Shown here: positions 11,138-19,983 of the stretch, one piece after another | Numbering within the stretch: position 1 is the first letter of the stretch | Layout of the letters: every line of letters starts with the position of its first letter | Virus record (IMG/VR): IMGVR_UViG_3300029985_000036 | Location: 1-64,000 of that record | DNA: 64,000 nt | Reading direction: 5' to 3' (one strand) | DNA from: a virus | Notes under the pieces: generated by a model | Databases searched by the model: none | What the model was told of the DNA's origin: nothing | What the model saw: the letters and a program-made list of their open reading frames with translations, nothing else | Position numbers and translations under genes: made by a program

Positions 11138-11169
11138 AAGAAGGGATGGGCATATGCCCATCCCTTCTT
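11138..11169. terminator. 32-bp perfect palindrome (GGCATATGCC core)
   Basis: AAGAAGGGATGGGCAT|ATGCCCATCCCTTCTT. Confidence 0.8.
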
Positions 11170-11193
11170 TATCGCATGTGATAGTTCCTCCTA

Positions 11194-11310
11194 TTAAACA
11201 GGAGTATTTGTCATTGCCAGACGGACCAGCTCCTTGTGGCGGCGATAGGCAGTGATTGCACCGAAGATCGAGAATCCATAGACGATCGAGATACCAACAA
11301 TTTTGAACAT
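11194..11310 (-). CDS. 38-aa small membrane peptide (not in the ORF track)
   Basis: MFKIVGISIVYGFSIFGAITAYRRHKELVRLAMTNTPV, AGGA RBS, located between a promoter motif and a terminator. Confidence 0.65.
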   Translation of the reverse strand: MFKIVGISIVYGFSIFGAITAYRRHKELVRLAMTNTPV

Positions 11311-11366
11311 GACACAGTCCTGTGAGTGAGAAAAGAATACATTATTGTATCTGTCTTACACCTCAA

Positions 11367-11391
11367 TGATATATATTTGAATTCCAATGAA
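11367..11391 (-). promoter_or_regulatory. Bipartite phage promoter-like motif
   Basis: Minus strand TTCA-N11-ATATATATCA. Confidence 0.65.
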
Positions 11392-11399
11392 ACGCAAGA

Positions 11400-12734
11400 T
11401 CAGAACATATATGCCATTTCAACAACAGAAGAACTTAATAGTTCTGTAAGAATTGTTTGATTGATCTTTCGCATCATTGCAACATTTAATAATGGAAGAC
11501 TACAAAAAATACTGTTACATGTATTCTGACTGCACAGAGTATTGATTGTAGTCCCAATCTGTGTCAACATAGAATTAATATATGTTATTAATTGAGATGT
11601 GGTATAAGTTGGCGTTGCCGTAGCTAAAACAATACCGCTTGATACGACAGTAGGACTTTTTCCAGTCGTTGTCTGATCACTTGGTTGAAGATTGGTTAAC
11701 AAGTTGGTTAATATACCGGGTGCATCTGGAATATTATTTACACCTAGAATTGTAAACATAACACTCAGGGTTAATGCATCCCCCCGTTGAGAGACACTTG
11801 CCAATCGATTTTTAATCACTTGACGAGTTACATCAGTTACCATGGACGATCCCATGAGAGAAGTAAGGGTTCCACTTAGGCCGTGATCGATTGCCAATGC
11901 AGTAACTAAATTAAATTGATTTTGTTGAAATGAATAGTCGACAATGGTAACTGGAGCAAGACCAGACACTAACCCACCTGCAGCCGTGATAATGTCACCA
12001 TATGATCCAGTTGAAATTGTAGATGGAATACCTAAAATATCAACACCACTTGCGTCTACTGCAACACCAAGACCGCCTACCCAGATACTGGCAGCTACTC
12101 CTGCAATTCCCACTACATTTGGAAAAGAGATAGCAACCTGCGTGATAAAATCTGACAATGCTGTCATATCAGGAGAAGCTGTTAATGGAAGAATCGTTAT
12201 AGTTGTATCTACAATGGGTATCGTGGCATATGGTATTGGTGTAAAAGATGCAGAATTTGTTAGATCAATAGAAAATGCTAATTTAAAATTGGCTTGTGTC
12301 TGACTGAACACGACGGCCATTGCAATAGCCAAATCGGCATCTGTAAGAAGAGTGATTCCAGTTTGTGCTGCCAGTGCAACTTGTTGTGCCAAAGACAACA
12401 GAGATAGTGCTTGTGTTGTAGCATTCAGAGACTGACTAAAATTAACAGGTGTAAGTTGGGTAACAGTTGGGGAGGTAATAAAAGTACCACCATACGGCTG
12501 CCCTGTTGAAAATGAAGTTCCAATTGGATCTTTAATTGGTGTTGTTAGAATGGACAGAGCAGCATTTGCAGTATTAACAAATTGAATAGCACTACCAGCT
12601 GCGGCTAAAATATCTCCAACGGCAGCATTGGTTGCACCACCAGGAGACAACAAACTAACAACACGAGCACCTGCTACTAATGTGGATAATGCCTGCTGTT
12701 CAACAGTGGTGATACTCGAAGGTTGTACAGGCAT
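11400..12734 (-). CDS. Probable virion structural protein (T/S/A/G-rich)
   Basis: 444 aa, composition like the other baseplate/tail proteins. A TATGA late-type motif lies upstream. Confidence 0.55.
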   Translation of the reverse strand: MPVQPSSITTVEQQALSTLVAGARVVSLLSPGGATNAAVGDILAAAGSAIQFVNTANAALSILTTPIKDPIGTSFSTGQPYGGTFITSPTVTQLTPVNFSQSLNATTQALSLLSLAQQVALAAQTGITLLTDADLAIAMAVVFSQTQANFKLAFSIDLTNSASFTPIPYATIPIVDTTITILPLTASPDMTALSDFITQVAISFPNVVGIAGVAASIWVGGLGVAVDASGVDILGIPSTISTGSYGDIITAAGGLVSGLAPVTIVDYSFQQNQFNLVTALAIDHGLSGTLTSLMGSSMVTDVTRQVIKNRLASVSQRGDALTLSVMFTILGVNNIPDAPGILTNLLTNLQPSDQTTTGKSPTVVSSGIVLATATPTYTTSQLITYINSMLTQIGTTINTLCSQNTCNSIFCSLPLLNVAMMRKINQTILTELLSSSVVEMAYMF

Positions 12735-12906
12735 GTTACTGTGTTACCTTCCGATCATAATCGTTATTGCAAAACATGATGAAAGAGGGTTGTCTGTCAT
12801 CAAGAATAATACCAACATCAGAGTCAAGGTTATCGATAGGAAGTTCTTTTAAAGATACTTCTTCAGATGGAGACTGGAGTTCTAAAACCATTTTCCCACC
12901 CCAACA

Positions 12907-13632
12907 CTAGATGTTGTTATCAATGTGTGCTGCTCGAAAATAGGTTCCGAGAATTACCGAACTCCGTGCTCGTGAATCAGAGCCAATCGAGTTAAGTGAC
13001 ACCGCTCCAGTTTCTTCCAACTGCGCTCGGAATGTAGCATATGCTGGAAGATCGCCTCCTCGAACTCGAATCAATTCAGAGATCGAGACTTTAAGTCCTT
13101 TAGACAAAATTGTTTGCATTTCAACTGATGAAATTGACGAACCTTTATCTGGTTTTACAACCTGCCCACTAAAGGCATCGATCTTTGTGTCACTGCTTGG
13201 AACTGAGATCTTTGACATCAAAAATTGCTTGAGTCGACGTACGGGTAACATCAAAACAGGATACGCCTGGGGTGTCAAATAATAGCGTTGCGTCGTACTA
13301 TCCCAAAGACGTAATCTTTCAAACAAATTAAGTTTGAGATCACGTGCAGCTTTGAAAATATTCACAGGTTTAAGATTGAGTTTCATGTTAGGAACATACA
13401 GAGTTAGTTTTATCTTTCCTTCTTTTATACCTACCATAAAACTATGAAATTGAATGTCTGACCATGCATTAAATTGGTCTTGATATCGTTTGGTATTACT
13501 ACCACTAGGATCAAGCGTACTAATTGTTTTAAGGATCAGTGCTTCTGCTGCTTTTCTCTTAGTATCTTGAGATGTACCAGCTTCCATGGCTGATTTGAGT
13601 GTACTGAACACTACCAAATATCCTTCTGTCAA
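12907..13632 (-). CDS. Virion RNA polymerase beta subunit, C-terminal fragment (phiKZ gp149-like)
   Basis: LDPSGSNTKRY; RRLKQFLMSKISV...IDAFSGQV...KGSSISSVE matches the degenerate RpoB C-terminal motif region. The start may be the internal MEAG. Confidence 0.8.
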   Translation of the reverse strand: MTEGYLVVFSTLKSAMEAGTSQDTKRKAAEALILKTISTLDPSGSNTKRYQDQFNAWSDIQFHSFMVGIKEGKIKLTLYVPNMKLNLKPVNIFKAARDLKLNLFERLRLWDSTTQRYYLTPQAYPVLMLPVRRLKQFLMSKISVPSSDTKIDAFSGQVVKPDKGSSISSVEMQTILSKGLKVSISELIRVRGGDLPAYATFRAQLEETGAVSLNSIGSDSRARSSVILGTYFRAAHIDNNI

Positions 13633-13985
13633 ACCAGATCTATAGCATGTTTGCCCTTCGAAATTATTTAAATTCCTTTTGTAAACTATAAAACAAAAAA
13701 TAAATCCAGACCATCTTTCAATGATCTAGATCTATGATACAAAAGATAATTATCGTCGACACCCAATATAAAGTAGAATGAGAAGTAGACATTGTGTCGG
13801 CCATAGCAGTTTCCAAGACAGATACTGTGTAATCCAAATGCCAATAGAATCCAATAATACAAATGATTTATAGGACGCAATAAAGAATTCCATAGAGTAT
13901 TGTTGCTTGAGTTGATGAGGATCTGTCCACATGTAATCATTCCAATTCAACATAAAAATAAAACAGACATCAAAAGAGAAGATGG

Positions 13986-14021
13986 CCCACGACGATCGTT
14001 ATTAGCTACGATCGTCGTGGG
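13986..14021 (-). terminator. Terminator hairpin
   Basis: CCCACGACGATCGT-N8-ACGATCGTCGTGGG right after the stop of the small membrane gene, with a pyrimidine tract on the minus strand. Confidence 0.75.
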
Positions 14022-14033
14022 AGCAGTGGGGAG

Positions 14034-14300
14034 TTACGCGGTAGCACCGGCGAGAGCCGCATCAACAACATCTTTCGCAGTCGGCAGTTCTGCGGCCTTC
14101 TTGGCAGCATTCCGACGAGAGGACATGCCGATGCCGAGCATGGTGACGACGGCGAGTGCGGCGCCGACAGCGACGACCGTTCCAATGGTGCCCATGGAGA
14201 TTCCAGTCTTGGCAACATCGCCGACGGTTTCGACCACGGTGGTAACAACTTCGCCAGCAGTTTCGGTAACAGTAGCGGTGACTTCAGTGACGGTATCCAT
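14034..14300 (-). CDS. Small single-TM protein (88 aa)
   Basis: GGAG RBS, acidic T/V/E N-terminus, hydrophobic helix, basic RRNAAKK after it. Locally GC-rich. Confidence 0.75.
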   Translation of the reverse strand: MDTVTEVTATVTETAGEVVTTVVETVGDVAKTGISMGTIGTVVAVGAALAVVTMLGIGMSSRRNAAKKAAELPTAKDVVDAALAGATA

Positions 14301-14357
14301 GATAATACAGCTCCAAATGAGATAAGACATTTGATTATGTCTGTATCTTCACTAAAA

Positions 14358-14382
14358 TGATATATATCTGAAATAAGATGAA
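14358..14382 (-). promoter_or_regulatory. Bipartite phage promoter-like motif
   Basis: Minus strand TTCA-N11-ATATATATCA. Confidence 0.65.
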
Positions 14383-14484
14383 ACTCACTAAATCAATATT
14401 ATTGCTTGGGTTTTAAACGAAGGAATTGTAAGTTGTCCTATTGTTCCTTTTGTAACCCGAGCCTCCATATCACTACTTTATCAA

Positions 14485-15102
14485 TCACCCCACATTACCC
14501 TTAGGAGTTGATGATACTTTATATTTTGAAACAGTAATATCTGGTGTTGGAAAATGTTCTTCTTTATATGTCTTCAACCAAGTCGCAGCACGAAGAGCTT
14601 GTTCTTTCCATTTGGGTGTCCAAAAATCAATCATCTCTTGTGTAAAATTTGGAGACACAACTGTCTTTGGATGATAGTCAGCTAAATATGCAATAACTTC
14701 ATCAAGAGTCATACCAAACCGAAACATAGCATCAATCATACCTGCTTCCTGTTTACTAAGTCCTTCGATGGTATTAATGCCTAACATAGATTCAGCATGA
14801 CATTTCTCACATGATGTTGGAACACAGATACAATCTCCGGCATGAGAACCAAGTAATTCTTTTGTAAACTCTTTAATTTGTTTGGTTCCACGAGCAGTAA
14901 GCCGTTCTTTAAAATTAGCAGGATGTAATTCTGCATATGCCTTGGTTCGATCAAAATGGGTACCTTCTTTAAGATACAATCTTGCTATAGTTACATGACT
15001 TTTGAATGCTTGAAGAATTACCTTTAAACGTAAGATTTCTTTATCATGATCATTAAGTTCAATAGTAGTTTGCAATGGATTGGGTGCATATATGATTTTC
15101 AT
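14485..15102 (-). CDS. Hypothetical protein with a His/Cys cluster
   Basis: HAGDCICVPTSCEKCH putative metal-binding motif. Confidence 0.7.
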   Translation of the reverse strand: MKIIYAPNPLQTTIELNDHDKEILRLKVILQAFKSHVTIARLYLKEGTHFDRTKAYAELHPANFKERLTARGTKQIKEFTKELLGSHAGDCICVPTSCEKCHAESMLGINTIEGLSKQEAGMIDAMFRFGMTLDEVIAYLADYHPKTVVSPNFTQEMIDFWTPKWKEQALRAATWLKTYKEEHFPTPDITVSKYKVSSTPKGNVG

Positions 15103-15174
15103 AGTGGTACCTTTCTATCATACGGTTTTATATTACTATCCTTATAATTTAATAAGTCATTATTAAAAATTAAT

Positions 15175-15208
15175 AGATGTAGATCTGTCATCTGACAGAT
15201 CTACATCT
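15175..15208. terminator. Palindromic hairpin (16-bp arms)
   Basis: AGATGTAGATCTGTCA-TC-TGACAGATCTACATCT. Confidence 0.75.
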
Positions 15209-15232
15209 TTCTGTTATGAAAATGTTATGACT

Positions 15233-15496
15233 TTAAATAGATTTTTCAGTTTCTGTTATCTTTTCTGCAGGGGGAATTTTGCGGGTATATGGTTTACGTC
15301 CAAGACATCCACAACTAAGTGCATCTCCGGCTGTTAGATATTTACCAAGTTTAACAACACGGCTACCACATTTGCACTTACAATTCCAGGTAGCTCGACT
15401 CCGAGAATCCAGACTGTGAAATGACATCACTGTCAAGTTACCAAAAACTGACCCAACCAGACTAGCACAGCGAGTAGTTTGCATGTTTATCTCCAA
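15233..15496 (-). CDS. Stand-alone Cys-rich domain of the type found N-terminal in HNH/AP2 homing endonucleases
   Basis: LVGSVFGNLTV...WNCKCKCG...L.AG...SCGC. No nuclease domain follows. Confidence 0.7.
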   Translation of the reverse strand: MEINMQTTRCASLVGSVFGNLTVMSFHSLDSRSRATWNCKCKCGSRVVKLGKYLTAGDALSCGCLGRKPYTRKIPPAEKITETEKSI

Positions 15497-15538
15497 GTAT
15501 AGATTGTTGTATCTTCGTATGATTCGTGTCTTATTAAC

Positions 15539-16039
15539 CTACATATTCCTAATCCACTGAGTAGAAGGATATACACCATCAAATCCTTCCTCAACAGTAG
15601 GATTTACAAATGTAGTTCGCATGCGATCATCTGCTTCCACTGGAATTATTTTACCAGGACGATTCAAAAGACGCAGTTGTCTTTCTTCTTCATCCACGCG
15701 GCATACCATAGCTATCTTTCGATAGTAATCTGGTACATCAAAAATACTACGAGAACGACTCGCAAGAGTAAGATGTGTGGCATCGTGGATAATATTTTTA
15801 TTACCCAAAAGAGCTTTCTTTCGAGCAGTCTGAACAATACCTTTGGCAGTTTCGATATAAGAAGAAAAGACTTCTGTATAAGTTGTTCCTTCTTGTTTGG
15901 CATATCGTTCAATTTCATCATCTAAACTGAGTACAATGAGTTCATCGGGGTTCAATCGCGCACATACCGTATTACGAAATGTTGTTTTTCCAGATCCTGG
16001 AAGCCCCACCAAGACAATATAAAGGGAAGCCTGATGCAT
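15539..16039 (-). CDS. P-loop kinase (AAA_33 / polynucleotide kinase-like)
   Basis: Walker A GLPGSGKTT, LSLDD, IIHDATH, RxxxR lid, P...EGFD. Confidence 0.85.
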   Translation of the reverse strand: MHQASLYIVLVGLPGSGKTTFRNTVCARLNPDELIVLSLDDEIERYAKQEGTTYTEVFSSYIETAKGIVQTARKKALLGNKNIIHDATHLTLASRSRSIFDVPDYYRKIAMVCRVDEEERQLRLLNRPGKIIPVEADDRMRTTFVNPTVEEGFDGVYPSTQWIRNM

Positions 16040-16068
16040 CGATGATCTTCCTTTTTGTTATTTGTTTG

Positions 16069-16656
16069 CTAATAATAAAACAGGGGAGCAACTTCATGCC
16101 AGGTACTAGGAACCGGATGTCCCCTCCATGCATTATACATTTGAGTTGCAGCACTAGCTATTGATAGAAGTTCGTCTCCTGTTCCCATACCAGGACAGAC
16201 AAAACGAGACGTCTGTGGACGTAGTCGCAGTGCTGCCGACATGGCCATAAACACATTGAGAGTGCCCCGAATATCACCGTGCATAACCATTGTCGGAGCA
16301 TAAACAAGGACAACGCCTGGGGTAAGATCAACAGCGATTGCTGCTCCAACAGGAAGACCGGCTGGCCAATTCTCTTGAATCTTAGTTTGTACTTTCTCTT
16401 GTATATCAGGCCACCGATTTACAATAGACAGAGCAACTCCACTGTCCATAATACCAAATGAATTACCTGGAACAATTAGAGTATCACCATAACACAGCTG
16501 GTCTTCAATCTTAGAAATAGTATAAAGATAATCAGGACCAAATCTTTTTTTCAATACTCGAATGACATCAGAACTCTGATCAACAAAATGCAAACGCGGA
16601 GCATCGTCCATTGTAAACATCCTAACAAGTGAGATTAGATGGCCAGTTCCATACAA
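16069..16656 (-). CDS. Macro-domain (ADP-ribose binding/hydrolase) protein
   Basis: VPGNSFGIMDSGV, YAPTM and PGMGTG motifs. Confidence 0.85.
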   Translation of the reverse strand: MYGTGHLISLVRMFTMDDAPRLHFVDQSSDVIRVLKKRFGPDYLYTISKIEDQLCYGDTLIVPGNSFGIMDSGVALSIVNRWPDIQEKVQTKIQENWPAGLPVGAAIAVDLTPGVVLVYAPTMVMHGDIRGTLNVFMAMSAALRLRPQTSRFVCPGMGTGDELLSIASAATQMYNAWRGHPVPSTWHEVAPLFYY

Positions 16657-17078
16657 GGAAGATACTTCATTAGATATATAAAGAGGTTTTCAAATCCTTC
16701 AGTCATCAGTGTATTATTGTCAGACACTGATTCGAATATCTGCCATACTGGAATGTCTTTTCTGGATGTAATGAGAATAACATTTCCAACTGTAACATCA
16801 CAGGATGAATTGAGATTACGAACATCAAGAGAAGTTGGAACATCTGCATCCGTCATCGAAACGAAAACATAAACTTGATCAGATAAAAGTGTACGAACTG
16901 CAAGATCCGCATGATGTTTTGTAACTGTAAAGATTTCAGTCCAATGTTTTTTCTCAAGAAGTTGTAATTTTGTGATACCATATCGGTCTGCATACGCAAC
17001 AATAACTGAGGCTTGCGACATGGATATATCCTTGGTGTTAATGCAGGGTTTCAATATTATTACAAGTCCATTTAACAA
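16635..17078 (-). CDS. Hypothetical protein
   Basis: ORF within the operon. Likely start is MSQASV after AAGGA. Confidence 0.55.
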   Translation of the reverse strand: MLNGLVIILKPCINTKDISMSQASVIVAYADRYGITKLQLLEKKHWTEIFTVTKHHADLAVRTLLSDQVYVFVSMTDADVPTSLDVRNLNSSCDVTVGNVILITSRKDIPVWQIFESVSDNNTLMTEGFENLFIYLMKYLPCMELAI

Positions 17079-17238
17079 GACAGCTATTGTCTCGAATCAT
17101 AAAAGTTCCAGTCATAATACCATCTTCAACCAGGTCATGAATATCATAAACCTGAGCAAGGATTTCATTCGTATCGGATTGAGTCCACACAGTAATTTCA
17201 CCAGTATCAAACGTAAGATCTCGTTTATCAGGAATCAT
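17038..17238 (-). CDS. Small hypothetical protein
   Basis: 66 aa, AAGGAG RBS. Confidence 0.65.
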   Translation of the reverse strand: MIPDKRDLTFDTGEITVWTQSDTNEILAQVYDIHDLVEDGIMTGTFMIRDNSCLVKWTCNNIETLH

Positions 17239-17265
17239 AACAAACTCCTTTAATAAATAATGTTT

Positions 17266-17739
17266 TTATTTGCGGATTGCAATACCATTATCATCCAAGA
17301 TCCATAGATCTGGTCGAATCAATACGCGAAGATCATCAATGAGTCCTTCAACCTGATCATCTGATAATGCAGGACCGTTCTGTATATTCACAGCACGTTC
17401 TTCTAATGAAGGAACATCACACTCCACTAGATTATCTGGATCAATACCGAAAACACACCTCTCATGCAACAAGTTATTGTTGAATTCAGCTAATACATTA
17501 ACTCGCATGGTGATGCTGTTATCGTCTTCTTTATCAAACACGGCAAGTGTTACGTTGTGATTAGTGGTTGTCAATCGATATAATTTCCACGGTTGAAATT
17601 TTCTCGCGACTCGTTGTACAATTTTTGGACGTTCTGCAACCCAGGCACCCCATTCGAGCATGTGGGCTTCTGTCGGATTAAACCAGTTTCCCACGGTAGC
17701 AATTCCTTTATGTTGAAGAAATGTGATAGGTGTTAACAC
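17266..17739 (-). CDS. Hypothetical protein
   Basis: 157 aa, GAGG RBS, GTG start, co-oriented in the operon. Confidence 0.7.
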   Translation of the reverse strand: MLTPITFLQHKGIATVGNWFNPTEAHMLEWGAWVAERPKIVQRVARKFQPWKLYRLTTTNHNVTLAVFDKEDDNSITMRVNVLAEFNNNLLHERCVFGIDPDNLVECDVPSLEERAVNIQNGPALSDDQVEGLIDDLRVLIRPDLWILDDNGIAIRK

Positions 17740-17757
17740 CTATCACATCCTCAGTTG

Positions 17758-19959
17758 TTACAAGAGTCGAATGTATCGATTTTTCTTTACCTCAGCAGTA
17801 GCAATATCAATCCGAGCATGATCACTGGTACCAAGAAGAGATTCCAGATCAAGAAACTCGGCTACACGAACAGAACTTCTATTTAGATATTCTGGGGGGA
17901 TATTCAAAAAGAAGTGTTTATCGAGACTGTGTACCAACAGAACAGAACCAGTTGGATTGATTGCGATCTTTGCTTTCTCTGGCGAGACGCGCTGGATTGC
18001 AATTACATTTGGAGTATTGCTGTTCAATGCCAATACATAATGCACACATTTTGGCTCGGGATATGTGTAGATTATATCTGTCATGCTACCACGACAGATG
18101 GTCTTTCGTAACGAGATTTCTTTTACCACTTCAATCGTATCGATAGTTCCATTGCGTCGAATTGCTTTGGAGATTGGAGTAGTGTAGAAATACCCTTCTT
18201 TTCGCAATCCTGGAATAAATCCTTTGACACAACAAGCTACCCCGTCAAGGATGTTGACCGTGATTACTTTATCTGATTTAGGAGTAGCATCGAGATCAAT
18301 CTTAATCCCGTAGATGTCCCCAGTGGTAATCTTTGGAATATAACCAGTTTCCAATTTACCAGTCTCACTCACTCTACACTGAAAAGGACCGTCGTAGATA
18401 TAGATTTCCAATGTTTCTTTAGGGAAAGATTCGATGATGGCTGGAATCTCATCAAGGGAATCAAATTGGATACACCCTCCTCCAATCCGAATATATCCGA
18501 TATAGGCAGGAATTTTAGTTCTGCGTGGAGTCGGATATCGCTTCTTAATGACCTGGGCTTCAGTGGCCATTTCATCAGAGATTCTTCCAAAGGAATCTAG
18601 TAATTCTCGAAGTGATTTTTCAAGATCGAATTTACGTTTTTCTTGTTCTGTTCGGGAAGTGGTTGTCAGAATACGCAATCGTGTATTAACGACATAGTTG
18701 GATTGAAACAGAGTCAGGTTATATTGATCTTGTAACAACCGGATACTGTTTTCTTCTGTGTTGACACGGAGCAATGCCACCACAGCATCAAGATTATCGC
18801 AGACAACCATCAGGGCCTCAACCTGACGAAGCTGTGTCGTCAAAGTTCCAATCTTTAATTTCTTTGAAGAAACTAAGATATTGTATCGTGCATCATACCA
18901 AATTCGCAGTAGATTCGGTTGTGATACTTGAATCACATAACCACCATCGTTGTAGTTTGGAATAGGAGATACAGATCCGGAAAATGAAATCTTCTTGGAG
19001 ATCAATTCCCAAGCTTCAAAAACGTTAACACCTCGCTTGAGTTTAATGCAGATGTTTCCAATCAATGGATTGGCAATACCTGCACTATTTTTTCCAGTAA
19101 GATCCTTAACCCACATAATATTTTTATCAAACCAGCTATTCTTTTCCTTCATCAAGTCTTCGATAACAATATCGAGTCCTTTGAAAGGAGTACCATATGG
19201 TAATGTATTGATGTGGATGGCATCCGACAGTAAGACAACTTCACCATCCATCTTTATCTTCTGTGTAAATTTACCTTGTTTGTAAGCAGCAAGAAGTTCC
19301 CGATGATTGGTCAATGTGCAAATGCTCGGAAAATCGGGGAGGAATTTCTCTACATGTTTCACATAGTCAAATGGTTCCAATGGGGAGTGCTTCATATGTT
19401 TACAGAAGTCAACTACAAGATCACACACATCTGCAAGATTGTGAGGAACCGTATAGCTGCTCATACCATAGCCAATTGAACTATTGGCATATAACAAAGC
19501 AGTAGGAATTGCTGGGATCAAATGGATGGGTTCGTATCCATTCAGTCCTTCATTCTGTTCTTTTGGGAGTGCTCGATATTCAATTCCTTCAAAGAACACA
19601 TCCCGTGAGAATTCCGAAAGTCTTTCATTGGTATATTTGCTGGCAGCAGGCCGAGGATCTGCATATGTTCCACATGCACTATCAAAGATCAGTGGAAGTG
19701 GATTATATTCATGACTCTGTCCCAGTCGAGCAGCCGCATGATAGATACTATCTTCACCATGCGGATGATTTTCATTCGTCAGTGCAATTAACTTTGCACT
19801 TTTAATAACACCATTGGTGTCTCGAACCGCATCTACGATTCTACGAAGAACTGGTTTCAATCCATCGACAGCATTTGGATGAGCAGCCTTGATCATCGAC
19901 AAGGCAAATTGTGTTAGATTTTGGTCGATGATTACCGATGCAGAAATTTCATCTGTCAT
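17758..19959 (-). CDS. gyrA: Type IIA topoisomerase, GyrA/ParC-like subunit
   Basis: DGLKPVLRR, HPHGEDSIY, AASKYT (catalytic Tyr), PHNLADV, LPDFPS, RRTKI. Confidence 0.9.
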   Translation of the reverse strand: MTDEISASVIIDQNLTQFALSMIKAAHPNAVDGLKPVLRRIVDAVRDTNGVIKSAKLIALTNENHPHGEDSIYHAAARLGQSHEYNPLPLIFDSACGTYADPRPAASKYTNERLSEFSRDVFFEGIEYRALPKEQNEGLNGYEPIHLIPAIPTALLYANSSIGYGMSSYTVPHNLADVCDLVVDFCKHMKHSPLEPFDYVKHVEKFLPDFPSICTLTNHRELLAAYKQGKFTQKIKMDGEVVLLSDAIHINTLPYGTPFKGLDIVIEDLMKEKNSWFDKNIMWVKDLTGKNSAGIANPLIGNICIKLKRGVNVFEAWELISKKISFSGSVSPIPNYNDGGYVIQVSQPNLLRIWYDARYNILVSSKKLKIGTLTTQLRQVEALMVVCDNLDAVVALLRVNTEENSIRLLQDQYNLTLFQSNYVVNTRLRILTTTSRTEQEKRKFDLEKSLRELLDSFGRISDEMATEAQVIKKRYPTPRRTKIPAYIGYIRIGGGCIQFDSLDEIPAIIESFPKETLEIYIYDGPFQCRVSETGKLETGYIPKITTGDIYGIKIDLDATPKSDKVITVNILDGVACCVKGFIPGLRKEGYFYTTPISKAIRRNGTIDTIEVVKEISLRKTICRGSMTDIIYTYPEPKCVHYVLALNSNTPNVIAIQRVSPEKAKIAINPTGSVLLVHSLDKHFFLNIPPEYLNRSSVRVAEFLDLESLLGTSDHARIDIATAEVKKNRYIRLL

Positions 19960-19983
19960 TATCTATATCCTCATTTGCATTGT

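Noticed and set aside
13686-13953. Two overlapping short minus-strand ORFs (84 and 67 aa)
   Set aside because: No clear RBS or motif. Cannot tell which, if either, is real.
13900-14325. 141-aa plus-strand ORF and 80-aa alternative-frame ORF
   Set aside because: Shadows of the GC-rich minus-strand membrane gene, which has the RBS, promoter and terminator.
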